The notes under the pieces: model-generated
What the model was told of the DNA's origin: nothing
Database searches by the model: none
The model's input: the letters and a program-made list of their open reading frames with translations, nothing else
Part shown: positions 47,532-57,956 of the stretch, in pieces
Layout of the letters: every line of letters starts with the position of its first letter
Position numbering within the stretch: position 1 is the first letter of the stretch
Source: Rikenellaceae bacterium
Lineage (GTDB): Bacteria; Bacteroidota; Bacteroidia; Bacteroidales; Rikenellaceae
Assembly: GCA_015060115.1 (NCBI GenBank)
Contig: SUZB01000009.1
Coordinates: forward strand, 13,260-77,259
Reading direction: 5' to 3'
DNA length: 64,000 nucleotides
Program-made: the position numbers and the translations under genes

Positions 47532-49958
47532 ATGGATATGAATAACAGAGATAAAGATTTTGATGAAATGCACTTGGTGCCAGAGCTCTTTGATGGCAAG
47601 CATCAGGTGATACCTATTGTTTCGGGTGGCGATGACACCATCGAGGAGGTTAAGCTTCCCGAGGTTCTTCCCATTCTTACGCTTCGTAGCTCGGTAATCT
47701 TCCCCGGCTCGGTTACACCCATCACGGTGGGTCGTGCCAAGTCTATCGCCTTGGTGCGTGCGGTGGAGGCTGCCGATGGCCTATTAGGTGCTGTGTTGCA
47801 GATAGATAGCGAGGTGGAAGACCCACAGCCCGATGATATGCACAAGATTGGTACTTCGGCACGCATCCTCAAGATTTTGGAGATGCCCAACGGCAACCTC
47901 ACGGTAATTCTTGCAGGTTTGGAGAAGATCGAGGTAGGCGAATATATCACCACTCAGCCCTATTTCAAGGCGACAATCACCCCTATTCAAGACTCTACGC
48001 CCGACCCTAAGAGTGTGGAGTTTGCAGCGTTGGTGGACTCTATCAAGGAGGTGGCGTTGAGCATTATCAACATCTCGCCCTCGATGCCCAAGGAGGCGGC
48101 ATTTGCTATCAAGAACCTCGATTCGAGCCGAGCTATCGTAAACTTCATCTGCTCGAATATGGACCTTACAGATGACGACCGTCAGCATCTCTTGGAGGCA
48201 CCCGGCCTCTTGGCGCGTTCACGCCGTCTGTTGGAGATTTTGGTGCGTGAGCAGCAGTTGGCCGAGCTTAAGAACGACATTCAGAACAAGGTTAAGCAGG
48301 ATATCGACAAGCAGCAGCGCGACTACTACCTCCAGCAGCAGATGCGCGTAATTCAGGACGAGTTGGGTGATGGCGTAGATGCCGACATCAACAATCTCCG
48401 CGAGGCGGGCAAAAAGAAGAAGTGGTCGAAGGCCACCGCCGAGCTCTTCGACAAGGAGGTGTCGAAGCTCGAAAGGCTCAACCCCGCAGTTGCCGAGTAC
48501 TCGGTGCAGATGAACTACCTGCAACTTATGCTCGACCTTCCTTGGGAGGAGATGACCGAAGATAGACTCGACCTTGCGCTCGTCAAGGAGCAGTTGGACA
48601 AGGACCACTTCGGCTTGGAGGAGGTCAAGGAGCGCCTGTTGGAGCACCTTGCCGTAATCAAGCTCAAGGGCGACCTTAAATCACCCATCCTCTGCCTCTA
48701 CGGCCCTCCGGGAGTGGGTAAGACATCGTTGGGCAAGTCGGTAGCGGAGGCTATGGGCCGTAAGTTTGGCCGTATCTCGCTTGGTGGCTTGCACGATGAG
48801 TCGGAGATTCGTGGCCACCGCCGTACCTACATCGGTGCTATGCCTGGCCGTATCATCGAGACTATCAAGCGTTGTGGTGCCTCTAACCCTGTGATTATCC
48901 TCGACGAGATCGACAAGGTATCTCGCTCGAACCATGGCGACCCCTCGAGCGCCCTTTTGGAGGTTCTCGACCCTGAGCAGAATACCACATTCCACGATAA
49001 CTACCTCGATACGGAGTATGACCTCTCGAAGGTGCTGTTTATCGCTACGGCGAACAATGTAAACAACATCTCGGCAGCGTTGCGCGACCGTATGGAGATG
49101 ATAAATATTCCCGGATACATCCTTGAGGACAAGGTATTTATCGCGCAAAACCATTTGGTAAAGAAGCAGCGCGATGCTCACGGTGTAGCCGATGACAAGC
49201 TCTCGCTTACGGACGATGCTATTGTCTCGATTATCGAGGACTACACCCGTGAGTCGGGTGTTCGTGGTCTTGATAAGCAGATAGCGAAGATTGCACGCAA
49301 CCGTGCCAAGACCATCGCCTTTGAGGAGGAGTTCAAAACGACACTCGACAAGGGCGACTTGGAGCCTATCTTGGGCAAGCCCAAGTTCCGCAACGACCGA
49401 TACGACATCGCTGGTATGCGTGGCGTGGTTACGGGTCTTGCGTGGACCGAGGTGGGTGGCGACATCCTCTATATCGAGTCGATTCTCACCCCCGGCAAGG
49501 GCAAACTAAGCCTTACGGGTAACCTCGGCGATGTGATGAAGGAGTCGGCAACTATCGCCTACGAGTGGGTTATGGCGCATCACGAGGAGCTGGGCATCGA
49601 CCGAAAGATGTTCGAGGAGAACGACATCAATATTCATGTTCCCGAGGGCGCAATACCCAAGGACGGCCCCTCGGCAGGTATTACGATGGTAACATCTATC
49701 GTCTCGACATTTACGGGCCGTGAGGTCAAGGAGCGTATTGCGATGACTGGCGAGACCACTTTGCGTGGTCGTGTAACGGCTGTTGGTGGCATCAAGGAGA
49801 AGATTTTGGCTGCTAAGCGTGCCGGTATCACCGAGCTTATCCTTTCGGACGAGAACCGCAAAGATATCGAGGAGATTAAGGAGGAGTACCTCTGTGGCCT
49901 CAAGTTCCACTATGTGCGTACCAACAACGAGGTCATAGATTTGGCACTCTGCAAATAA
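47532..49958 (+). CDS. lon: ATP-dependent Lon protease
   Basis: [33 protein letters not shown] (catalytic Ser) and GGIKEK (Lys). Confidence 0.98.
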   Translation: MDMNNRDKDFDEMHLVPELFDGKHQVIPIVSGGDDTIEEVKLPEVLPILTLRSSVIFPGSVTPITVGRAKSIALVRAVEAADGLLGAVLQIDSEVEDPQPDDMHKIGTSARILKILEMPNGNLTVILAGLEKIEVGEYITTQPYFKATITPIQDSTPDPKSVEFAALVDSIKEVALSIINISPSMPKEAAFAIKNLDSSRAIVNFICSNMDLTDDDRQHLLEAPGLLARSRRLLEILVREQQLAELKNDIQNKVKQDIDKQQRDYYLQQQMRVIQDELGDGVDADINNLREAGKKKKWSKATAELFDKEVSKLERLNPAVAEYSVQMNYLQLMLDLPWEEMTEDRLDLALVKEQLDKDHFGLEEVKERLLEHLAVIKLKGDLKSPILCLYGPPGVGKTSLGKSVAEAMGRKFGRISLGGLHDESEIRGHRRTYIGAMPGRIIETIKRCGASNPVIILDEIDKVSRSNHGDPSSALLEVLDPEQNTTFHDNYLDTEYDLSKVLFIATANNVNNISAALRDRMEMINIPGYILEDKVFIAQNHLVKKQRDAHGVADDKLSLTDDAIVSIIEDYTRESGVRGLDKQIAKIARNRAKTIAFEEEFKTTLDKGDLEPILGKPKFRNDRYDIAGMRGVVTGLAWTEVGGDILYIESILTPGKGKLSLTGNLGDVMKESATIAYEWVMAHHEELGIDRKMFEENDINIHVPEGAIPKDGPSAGITMVTSIVSTFTGREVKERIAMTGETTLRGRVTAVGGIKEKILAAKRAGITELILSDENRKDIEEIKEEYLCGLKFHYVRTNNEVIDLALCK

Positions 49959-49970
49959 TATTTTAGGGCT

Positions 49971-51815
49971 ATGCGCTTGAGGGAGTTTATCGAGAAGTTA
50001 GAGGGAGAGGGTGAACTACTGCGCATCACTGCGCCAGTCAGCACCCGCTTTGAGATTACCGAGATTACCGACCGCATCTCTAAGATGGAGGGCGGTGGCA
50101 AGGCTATTCTCTTTGAGAATACAGGCACCCCCTACCCTGTGCTGATGAACTCTATGGGCTCGGATAGGCGCATGGCTATGGCTCTTGGCGTAGAGGATTT
50201 GGAGGATATCTCGCGCCGTATCGACAACCTGCTAAAGGGGGTGATGTCGCCCAAAGATAGCCTTGTCGATAAGCTCCGTATGTTGCCCCTCTTGGCCGAT
50301 GTTGCCAAGTGGTTTCCTCGTAAGTCGAGTGGCCGTGGAGAGTGTCAAGAGGTAGTGTGGCGTGGCGAGGATGCCAACCTCAGCAGACTCCCGATACTCA
50401 CCTCGTGGGCAGCCGATGGAGGGCCATTTATCACCCTCCCTATGGTCTGCACCAAAGATCCCGAAACGGGTATTCCCAATATGGGAATGTATCGTATGCA
50501 GCTATTTGATAACCATACAACAGGTATGCACTGGCATCGCCATAAGACCGGTGCTCGCCACTACGATGGCTATAAGCGCTTAGGTAAGCGTATGCCCGTA
50601 AGTGTTGCTCTCGGTGGCGACCCCGCATACATTTACTCCGCTACGGCACCTATGCCCGACAATATGGACGAGATGCTGTTGGCAGGTATGTTGCGCCAGC
50701 GCCCTGTGAAGATGGTAAAGTGTCTGACAAACGATATTTGGGTGCCTGCCGACTGCGACTTTGTCTTGGAGGGGTGGGTAGACCCCTCAGAGGAGCTCGC
50801 TGTAGAGGGCGCTTTTGGCGACCATACGGGCTTCTACTCGCTCACCGACCTATATCCCCGATTCCACATCGAGGCTATCACCTCGCGCCGTGATGCGGTA
50901 TATCCCGCTACCATCGTAGGCGTGCCGCCAATGGAGGATGCCTATATCGCCAAGGCTACCGAGCGCATCTTCCTTGCCCCTATTCGCCTCGCTATTCAGC
51001 CTGAGGTGCGCGACCTCTATATGCCTATGGAGGGTACGGCGCACAACCTCGCCCTTGTCTCTATCGCCAAGCGCTACGAGGGTCAGGCAGCAAAGGTTGC
51101 TCAGGGCTTGTGGGGTGCAGGACAGATGATGTTCAATAAGTACTTGGTTATCACGCCCGAAACGACAAATCTGCGCAACCGAGAGGAGATTTTCCGCCTG
51201 CTTCGTGGCCTTGACCCCAAGCGCCACTTGATACACTCCGAAGGTATCCTCGATGTTCTCGACCACTCATCGCCAACAACGGGCTATGGCGCAAAACTCG
51301 CCATCGACCTTACGGATATCGACCTAAAGAGAGTTCCTATTTCGTTCCCCGCACCGCGCACAGCACGCCCAGTGGGTGGTGTCGAGCTCTTCAATACCGA
51401 GCTTACGCGCGAAACAGGACTCTTGATACTCTATGCCGAGTGGGAGTGGCACGAAACGATAGATGTAGAGCGCTATCTTACAGAAAATAACATTGAGGGC
51501 ATCAAGTATGTCGCACTCTTCGATCGTGGTGCTGCGGGACACATGCGAGCTTCGGACCTGCTCTGGCTTGCAGCGGCTAACACTGACCCTAAGCGCGATA
51601 TTCGTCTCTTTGGCGATGTCGTGATTATCGATGCCCGCTCTAAGCGCCCCGGCTATGGCAATAACCCCAAGCGTTTCCCCAATGTCGTTACCTCGTCTAC
51701 TGATACAATCCACTATGTCGATGAGCGCTGGGCAGAGTATGGCATTGGCGAGTTGGTGGAGTCGCCATCAAGGCGCTATCGTAAATTGTGGCTCTCGGAG
51801 GGTGCAGAGTGGTAG
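49971..51815 (+). CDS. ubiD: UbiD family prFMN-dependent decarboxylase (menaquinone-biosynthesis type)
   Basis: GGKAILFE, NMGMYRMQ, HWHRHKTGA, VEGAFGDHTGFY, VGVPPMED motifs. Confidence 0.88.
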   Translation: MRLREFIEKLEGEGELLRITAPVSTRFEITEITDRISKMEGGGKAILFENTGTPYPVLMNSMGSDRRMAMALGVEDLEDISRRIDNLLKGVMSPKDSLVDKLRMLPLLADVAKWFPRKSSGRGECQEVVWRGEDANLSRLPILTSWAADGGPFITLPMVCTKDPETGIPNMGMYRMQLFDNHTTGMHWHRHKTGARHYDGYKRLGKRMPVSVALGGDPAYIYSATAPMPDNMDEMLLAGMLRQRPVKMVKCLTNDIWVPADCDFVLEGWVDPSEELAVEGAFGDHTGFYSLTDLYPRFHIEAITSRRDAVYPATIVGVPPMEDAYIAKATERIFLAPIRLAIQPEVRDLYMPMEGTAHNLALVSIAKRYEGQAAKVAQGLWGAGQMMFNKYLVITPETTNLRNREEIFRLLRGLDPKRHLIHSEGILDVLDHSSPTTGYGAKLAIDLTDIDLKRVPISFPAPRTARPVGGVELFNTELTRETGLLILYAEWEWHETIDVERYLTENNIEGIKYVALFDRGAAGHMRASDLLWLAAANTDPKRDIRLFGDVVIIDARSKRPGYGNNPKRFPNVVTSSTDTIHYVDERWAEYGIGELVESPSRRYRKLWLSEGAEW

Positions 51816-51819
51816 AGTG

Positions 51820-52917
51820 ATGCGTGAGACAACGAAGCAAAATATCCGAGGAGCACTAATCCTTATCCCGTTGGTCATCATCGCTATGGCGTTGATGCTC
51901 CTTGCACGACCCAACGGAAGAGAGATTGCGACACCCGATATTGCCGAGCGAGCCGAGGTCGCTGCCGACTCTATCTCGCACTTCTCGGCCTTCGACCCCA
52001 ACACTGCCGACTATCGCACAATGACCGAGGCGGGACTACCGCGAAATATCGCTGTCAGCATCCTTAAGTGGCGTGAGGCGGGCAAAGTGTTTCGCATAAG
52101 GGAGGATGTGGCGCTCTGCTACGGTATGACCGACTCGTTGTACTTCCTTATTGAGCCATATATTATCATTGGCGAGGAGTTTCGCATCAAGCCCTCAAAC
52201 AACTATCGCAGAGAGCATTACGACAATCACTCGGAGCAAGGTCGCTCGCTTGACTCTATAACATATACCCCATTTCTTATCGACACCGCTACGGCAGACT
52301 ATCTGCTTTCTCTCGGCTTGTCGCGCCGTGAGGCCGAACTTGTGGTGCGCTATCGTGAGATGATTGGTGGCTACCGCTCTATGGAGGAGTTTGCGGAGTG
52401 CTACGCCGTAGATAGCGCAATGGCCGAGCGCCTGCGCCCCTATATCATATTTCCGAAGCGCGACACCATCGCTACGCTTCGCTCGAAGCGTGAGGAGATT
52501 AGCTTTCCTATAAACATCAACACTGCTGACTCGGCAACCTTGCGCCGAGTGCGTGGCATAGGCGCTAAGAGCGTTGGAGATATTCTGCGTTACCGCGAGT
52601 TGCTCGGTGGATACTACTCCGTAGAGCAAATTTCGGAGCTTGATGTGGTTACAGACGAGAATTTTCGCATAATTTCCCAACAAATTTATGCTGATAGTGT
52701 TGATATTAAAAAAATAAGTATTAACTTTGCGAGCCCAAAAGTATTGGAGGTTCACCCATATCTGTCGAACCGAATGCTTAGGCGAATTATTAACAAACGC
52801 GAATTGAAAGGAGGTTGGAGTACCATTCAAGAGATGATTGATGATGACATATTCACCGAGGAGGAGGCAGCGAGAGTTGCACCCTATCTTGATTTTGGTA
52901 CAGACCTATATAAATAA
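51820..52917 (+). CDS. ComEA-like helix-hairpin-helix protein
   Basis: N-terminal TM; FDPNTAD, ININTADSATLRRVRGIG and YRELLGGY HhH repeats. Start moved to ATG 51820. Confidence 0.85.
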   Translation: MRETTKQNIRGALILIPLVIIAMALMLLARPNGREIATPDIAERAEVAADSISHFSAFDPNTADYRTMTEAGLPRNIAVSILKWREAGKVFRIREDVALCYGMTDSLYFLIEPYIIIGEEFRIKPSNNYRREHYDNHSEQGRSLDSITYTPFLIDTATADYLLSLGLSRREAELVVRYREMIGGYRSMEEFAECYAVDSAMAERLRPYIIFPKRDTIATLRSKREEISFPININTADSATLRRVRGIGAKSVGDILRYRELLGGYYSVEQISELDVVTDENFRIISQQIYADSVDIKKISINFASPKVLEVHPYLSNRMLRRIINKRELKGGWSTIQEMIDDDIFTEEEAARVAPYLDFGTDLYK

Positions 52918-53058
52918 AAGGAGCGTCACTACCCAAGATAGCGAGGTTATCGAGGGTAACAAACAAAGGGGAGTGAGCCGAGAAGGCTCAGGCGGAGACA
53001 GCCCAAAAGAGTCTTAAGAAACAAAAACGATTTATAACTTAAAAAAAAGAATAGAATT

Positions 53059-53250
53059 ATGATTATTATGCCTGTTAAGGAGGGTGAGAACATCGAGCGC
53101 GCCCTCAAGAAGTTTAAGCGTAAGTATGAGCGTACTGGTGTTTTGAAGGAGTTGCGTCGTCGTCAGTACTTCACAAAGCCCTCAATCGCAAAGCGCGAGG
53201 CTATGCAGCGTGCTATCTATGTAGAGCACACTTACCGTCAGGAGGAGTAA
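53059..53250 (+). CDS. rpsU: 30S ribosomal protein S21
   Basis: VKEGENIERALKKFKRK...ELRRRQYFTKPS. Confidence 0.97.
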   Translation: MIIMPVKEGENIERALKKFKRKYERTGVLKELRRRQYFTKPSIAKREAMQRAIYVEHTYRQEE

Positions 53251-53269
53251 TCCATAGCTGATAAGAGAG

Positions 53270-53302
53270 TAGGTCGATCCATCGGGTCGGCCTATTTTTT
53301 TT
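53270..53302 (+). terminator. Intrinsic terminator of rpsU
   Basis: TAGGTCGATCC-ATC-GGGTCGGCCTA plus a T8 tract. Confidence 0.85.
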
Positions 53303-53468
53303 AGTTGTTGGTTGTTAGAGATGCGCAGAGCTATTAAGACCATTAGGACTTTAAGACCTTAGGACTTTACGAGGTCGGGGATCATATTTCTTCTTAATGG
53401 TCTTACTCGTCTTATCGTCTTATGGTCTTATGGTCTTATCATCTTAATATCTCTAACAACTAACAACT
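53301..53468. repeat. Inverted A module bracketed by heptamer arrays
   Basis: ACGAGGTCGGGGATC at 53369-53383 is the reverse complement of the A core with one change. Confidence 0.8.
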
Positions 53469-53749
53469 CTCTCGGTCATTCTGAACGAAGTGAAGAATCT
53501 ATCGGTTAGTAAGACCATCGACTGCCCACAAAACCTTGAGATCCTTCGTTGCACTCAGGATGACACCCACTAACAACTAATAACTAACAACTAACAACTA
53601 AAAACTAACAACTCTCTCGGTCATTCTGAACGAAGTGAAGAATCTATCGGTTAGTAAGACCATCGACTGCCCACAAAACCTTGAGATCCTTCGTTGCACT
53701 CAGGATGACACCCACTAACAACTAATAACTAACAACTAACAACTAAAAA
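53458..53749. repeat. Perfect 145-bp tandem duplication carrying a 90-bp REP-like hairpin (F)
   Basis: GTCATTCTGAACGAAGTGAAGAATCT...AGATCCTTCGTTGCACTCAGGATGAC at 53475-53564 and 53620-53709. Confidence 0.92.
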
Positions 53750-53800
53750 TTAACCACTCTACTTGCTTATTTCGCTGATTTTTTATAACTTTGTGCTATA

Positions 53801-55538
53801 ATGGATAGTGTGTCGAAACTCGCAGAGCGTATGGGTGGAATTAGAGAGTATATAGCTAATGCGTTGGGCAGCCGGGGGGCAATATCGCGGTGCGGTTGTC
53901 TGGGTGCTATTGTGGCGTGTATGTTCGTGGCGGTAGGTTGCGCCACAGATAAGCGGAGTGCGGAGCTTATCGCCTATGCCGAGGAGATTGCAATGGAGTT
54001 GCCCGACTCGGCGCTAAGGGTGGTGCAGAGCATCGACCCTGAGAGTGTGCGCGGCAGGCACGACCGAGCACACTATAAGCTCGTTGTTGCCGAGGCGCAC
54101 TACTATCGTGATTTGATTCCCAATCGAGACTCTATCGCTCAACCGCTGTTCGACTACTATATTGAGAGCGATAACCACGCCGAGCGTGCTCGCGCACTAT
54201 ATCAGCACGCCCTTGTTATGCAGGCCGAGGGCGAGAATGCCCGTGCTATGTTCTCGCTTTTGGAGGCCGAAAAGTCGCTTTCGCACCTCGACAATCCTCG
54301 CCTCTTGGGTCTTGTGCATCGCACAATGGGCGAGATTTATGGTGCAGAGTGTCTATTCCAAAATGCTTTGGAGGAGTATCAGAAATCAAAGGAGTATTTT
54401 GATAAGGCAGAGTTACCTATTCATAGTGCATACGCCACCTATGACATTGCAATCATTTATAATAGAATGCGCGATTTTGAAGCAGCAATTAAGATGCTTT
54501 TGATTGCTGAAGATGAATTTGGGAGGCTTAATGAATATGGACATATGTTTGACACTCAAATTGAGTTATGCTATAACTATATCCAGCTGAATGATTATTC
54601 AAATTGTAGAAATATATTTAATAGGATAAAAACTCATAATTTAAACACTTATAGTCTATGTGATTATTATTGTATATCTGCAATACTATCTGCTATAGAT
54701 GGCAATTTAAATCAAGCTTATCTTCTATTAAACAGGGCAAAACAAGAATTAATAATCAATCCAATGCAACTTGCATATGCTGAATATATAATTATTAGGT
54801 TGCAAGGAAATGATACAGAAGCCTTGAATTTTCATCTGCAGATGGTTGCTGAACAAGATAAATTCGTCTTTAATGCTATAAATAACTCTTTGCTGCAGAG
54901 TCAGGTTGATTTGTTATCTGACCAAGTGGCAAGCACTAAGGAGATTCAACAGAAGACTCGTTTTATAAATTATCTACTCACAATACTGTCCGTGGGTATT
55001 GTGCTAATATTTATATATTATATAAAGGATAAACAACATAAGCACAAAGTGGAGATAGCACAAAGTATGGCGATAGCATCAGAACTTCGCAATATTCTTA
55101 CACTTAAAGATAGTGAGATTCTAAGTCAGCAAAATATCATAGAGCAGCTCTTTGCTTCACGCTTCGACACTATTGATAAGCTAAGTTGTGCCTATTTTGA
55201 GGCTCAAGGCTTTAATAACGAGAAGCAGAGAATCTATCGTGAGGTCTCATCTTTGATTGATGATATTAGTTCCGACAAAAAAAGCAATTAAGAGGATGGA
55301 GGATTTTGTGAATACCTACAAAGATAACCTAATGTTAAAATTCCGTTCTTCAATTCCAAATGCTACGGAAGATGATACGCAACTTTACTTATATATGGCA
55401 CTTGGTTTCTCACCTCGCGCTATTAGTATATTTATGAAGAAGAGTGTAGATGCAGTCTATAATCTTAAATCTCGACTGCGTCATAAGATAATAAAAAGTA
55501 ACTCTCAATATATAGAAATACTTCTCGGCGTGTTGTAG
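53801..55538 (+). pseudogene. TPR-TM-HTH membrane-anchored regulator split by a +1 frameshift in an A7 run
   Basis: ORF 53801-55291 ends SSDKKSN*. The overlapping +1 frame continues KKAIKRMEDFVN...GFSPRAISIF...VYNLKSRLR (LuxR-like HTH). Removing one A from 55277-55283 fuses them. Confidence 0.75.
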
Positions 55539-55623
55539 TAACTTGTTGATTTTTAGCAATCTACCGTGCAATATTTGTGTATTGTATATAACTAATTGAT
55601 ATTCAATTAGTTACAACTGCGTT

Positions 55624-55661
55624 AAATGGGCTGATAGAAATTAAAATATATCAGCCCATTT
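55624..55661 (+). terminator. Terminator-like hairpin
   Basis: AAATGGGCTGATA-N12-TATCAGCCCATTT followed by ATTTT. Confidence 0.6.
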
Positions 55662-55787
55662 ATTTTACTGATTTTCAGAGTGTTATAAATGCGTAGTGAT
55701 AGATTTTTGAGGGTATAAATTTAAGGTTTTAATATGTTAATGCAGTAACTTTGCAGTAGGTTAAACAATCTCGAAAATCTTTATGTT

Positions 55788-56156
55788 ATGAAAAAGCTAA
55801 TTACTCTTTTATCTGCAATTTTAATTGCATCGGTGGCTATTGCGGATAATCCGAAGCCAACGAATCCTTTTGGACCTATTCCGATTAACCCGAAACCATT
55901 AAATCCGAATCCCAAACCTAAATCACTTACTGCCGTTATTGAGGCAAGCTACTTTAATGGTGCATTGACCGTGGTATTTAATGCTGACCTTGGCGATGCC
56001 GATATTGTAGTTAGCAACCTTACGACTGACGAGATGTGGAGCGATAGTGTTTCGGGTGTTGGTGCAACAACACTTCTCCTCTCAGGCGAAGAGGGTTATT
56101 ATGAGATTCTAATTTATACCGATTGTGGAGAGTACACGGGAGAGTTCGAGATTTAG
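55788..56156 (+). CDS. Small secreted DUF3244-like Ig-fold protein with Pro/Asn-rich N-terminus
   Basis: Signal peptide; NPKPTNPFGPIPINPKPLNPNPKP; C-terminal G.YEILI...GEYTGEFEI. Confidence 0.7.
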   Translation: MKKLITLLSAILIASVAIADNPKPTNPFGPIPINPKPLNPNPKPKSLTAVIEASYFNGALTVVFNADLGDADIVVSNLTTDEMWSDSVSGVGATTLLLSGEEGYYEILIYTDCGEYTGEFEI

Positions 56157-56161
56157 AACAC

Positions 56162-56210
56162 GGCTGACCACTCCGCGCTATCGCAAGCGCCATAGCGCGG
56201 AGCATCAGCC
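56162..56210. terminator. GC-rich intercistronic hairpin
   Basis: GGCTGA..CTCCGCGCTAT...ATAGCGCGGAG..TCAGCC. Confidence 0.55.
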
Positions 56211-56298
56211 CTCAGAGCATCTACGGACAAGGTATACAAAAATGTTAGACCGAGCAAGGCACTCGGCAACACCATTATAAATTAAAAAAAGTAGAGCT

Positions 56299-57051
56299 AT
56301 GAAACGATTATTACTATCATTGGCCGTTGTAGCAGTAGCTGCTATATCGTGCCAAAAGGAGTATTTGCCCGCAAGGGACAATACTAACGAAGATGTAAGT
56401 AACCCAACACCTGAGAACTCAGGAGTAAAAAGCGAAATATTGGGTTACTGGACAGTAACGGCTGAGTCTGAAGCATACGACATTATCGAAGTGTCGTCTT
56501 TATATTTCTGGGAAGATGGCAGCGGATACCTTGCAAATGACTCATCACGCCTCGATGGAAGCTTTGTAGGACTCAATCGCAGCGGGTTTGAGTGGAAAGT
56601 AGAAGGCGATAACCTGTACTTGACATACCCCAGAGAAGAGCCCATAATGATTACTTATAGTATTGAATACAATACACTCACATTGGTAAGCGAGGATAAC
56701 GGTGTTAAGCATGAAACGATTTTTAACAAGCAGAAGGAGGCAGACCATCGCTTTATGGGTGATTGGGATATTACTAAGAAGGTAGGCGATAAATACCACA
56801 ATGAACATATCGAATTTGTGACACCTAATGATTGTTTTACTTACTATGTTGTATATACAGATCTCAATCTGCCACCCACTGAACAAAATGCACATCCTGT
56901 ATGGTACAAGTACGAATTTGACAACAACACCATTACGATGACCAATGTTCAGTATGGTGGAACAAGCAAGAAAGAGTACAAAATCGAGGGTACTAAGCTA
57001 TATCTCAATGGAGAGTGCTATTCAAACTTCAAGAAAGAGAATGGCTTCTAA
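56299..57051 (+). CDS. Lipoprotein with two lipocalin-like beta-barrel domains
   Basis: Lipobox AISC; ILGYWTV and FMGDWDI strand-1 motifs; W/Y.VEGDNL.L-type repeats. Confidence 0.65.
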   Translation: MKRLLLSLAVVAVAAISCQKEYLPARDNTNEDVSNPTPENSGVKSEILGYWTVTAESEAYDIIEVSSLYFWEDGSGYLANDSSRLDGSFVGLNRSGFEWKVEGDNLYLTYPREEPIMITYSIEYNTLTLVSEDNGVKHETIFNKQKEADHRFMGDWDITKKVGDKYHNEHIEFVTPNDCFTYYVVYTDLNLPPTEQNAHPVWYKYEFDNNTITMTNVQYGGTSKKEYKIEGTKLYLNGECYSNFKKENGF

Positions 57052-57073
57052 AAATAACTAAGTTTTAGCCTTT

Positions 57074-57104
57074 ACAGCCCGACCGCGAAAAACGGTCGGG
57101 CTGT
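57074..57104. terminator. Bidirectional intrinsic terminator
   Basis: ACAGCCCGACCG-N7-CGGTCGGGCTGT between convergent genes. Confidence 0.85.
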
Positions 57105-57118
57105 TATTGTTTTAAGGC

Positions 57119-57808
57119 CTACTTTAGTTCAAACTTGGCTTGAATGGTGTGGCTGATTTTTGAGCCGGCAAACTCCATAGGTTCGGGGGCTGCCTCTTCG
57201 GCAATAGCATCGTAGTTAATGCTTGCAATACCGCGAATCTTCATCGAAGAGTTAGTGTTAAAGACTACATCGCCATTCGAGTTATAGTCGTGGATATAGG
57301 TACAGCGACCGATAGACTGGTCGATAGCCTCGGCCAAGACCTCGGCATTGCGCTTAGCATCGCGGATAGCCTCACGGCGAAGCTCCTCACGAATGGTGTC
57401 TATGTCGGTGCAAGTAGCGCTCTTAAGCGACACGCTATGCAGATTAAGCGGCTCAAGCGTAGCAAAGGCACTCGCCAAATCCTCGGCACCAAAGACCACC
57501 AACTCATAGAAGCGTGTAGCATAGGCGCCACGACGGTTGTAGGCGCTAAAATTATCCTTGAAGCACAACGCCTCATCGGTATCGAAGCCTGCCGATTTGA
57601 GCGCCTTGGTCATCGTGCGCTCCTGCTCATCAAGCGACATACGGCCCTTAGAGTCGCTCTCGTTGATGGTGATAGCGAGGGTGAACTTATTGGGTATAAC
57701 AATACGGTCGGCATAGCCATTTACAACAACCTCGTTGCTCTCAGGCTCGTGTGCCGACACGCCAAAGGCAACAACAAGCGCCATAGCGCATAAAAAGAGT
57801 CTTTTCAT
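57119..57808 (-). CDS. SIMPL (DUF541) domain periplasmic protein
   Basis: Signal peptide; V.V.G.A...V.P, RREAIRDAKRNAEVLAEA, IGRCTYI pattern. Confidence 0.85.
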   Translation of the reverse strand: MKRLFLCAMALVVAFGVSAHEPESNEVVVNGYADRIVIPNKFTLAITINESDSKGRMSLDEQERTMTKALKSAGFDTDEALCFKDNFSAYNRRGAYATRFYELVVFGAEDLASAFATLEPLNLHSVSLKSATCTDIDTIREELRREAIRDAKRNAEVLAEAIDQSIGRCTYIHDYNSNGDVVFNTNSSMKIRGIASINYDAIAEEAAPEPMEFAGSKISHTIQAKFELK

Positions 57809-57956
57809 AGAGTAAAATATTTAGGATTTGTACCTAACTAACGCCTAAGACAGACGGGATATTGTGCGGCACAGCAAGTTGTGCTTGGCCCAAGCATTGT
57901 ATCAGCAGAGGAGGGAGTGGGCCATAAGATAGGGATTGAGCGGCGCAACTACAAAG

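Noticed and set aside
51631-51819. N-terminal extensions in the ORF track (also 17704-17760, 26803-26880, 46239-46277)
   Set aside because: They overlap upstream genes, promoters or hairpins, and downstream ATGs give proper signal peptides or family N-termini.
53074-53086. AAGGAGG Shine-Dalgarno-like sequence at rpsU
   Set aside because: It lies inside the coding sequence (codons for KEG), not upstream of the start.
53458-53749. Possible CRISPR array from the tandem repeats and heptamer arrays
   Set aside because: The intervening sequences are identical or periodic rather than unique spacers, and no cas gene is present.
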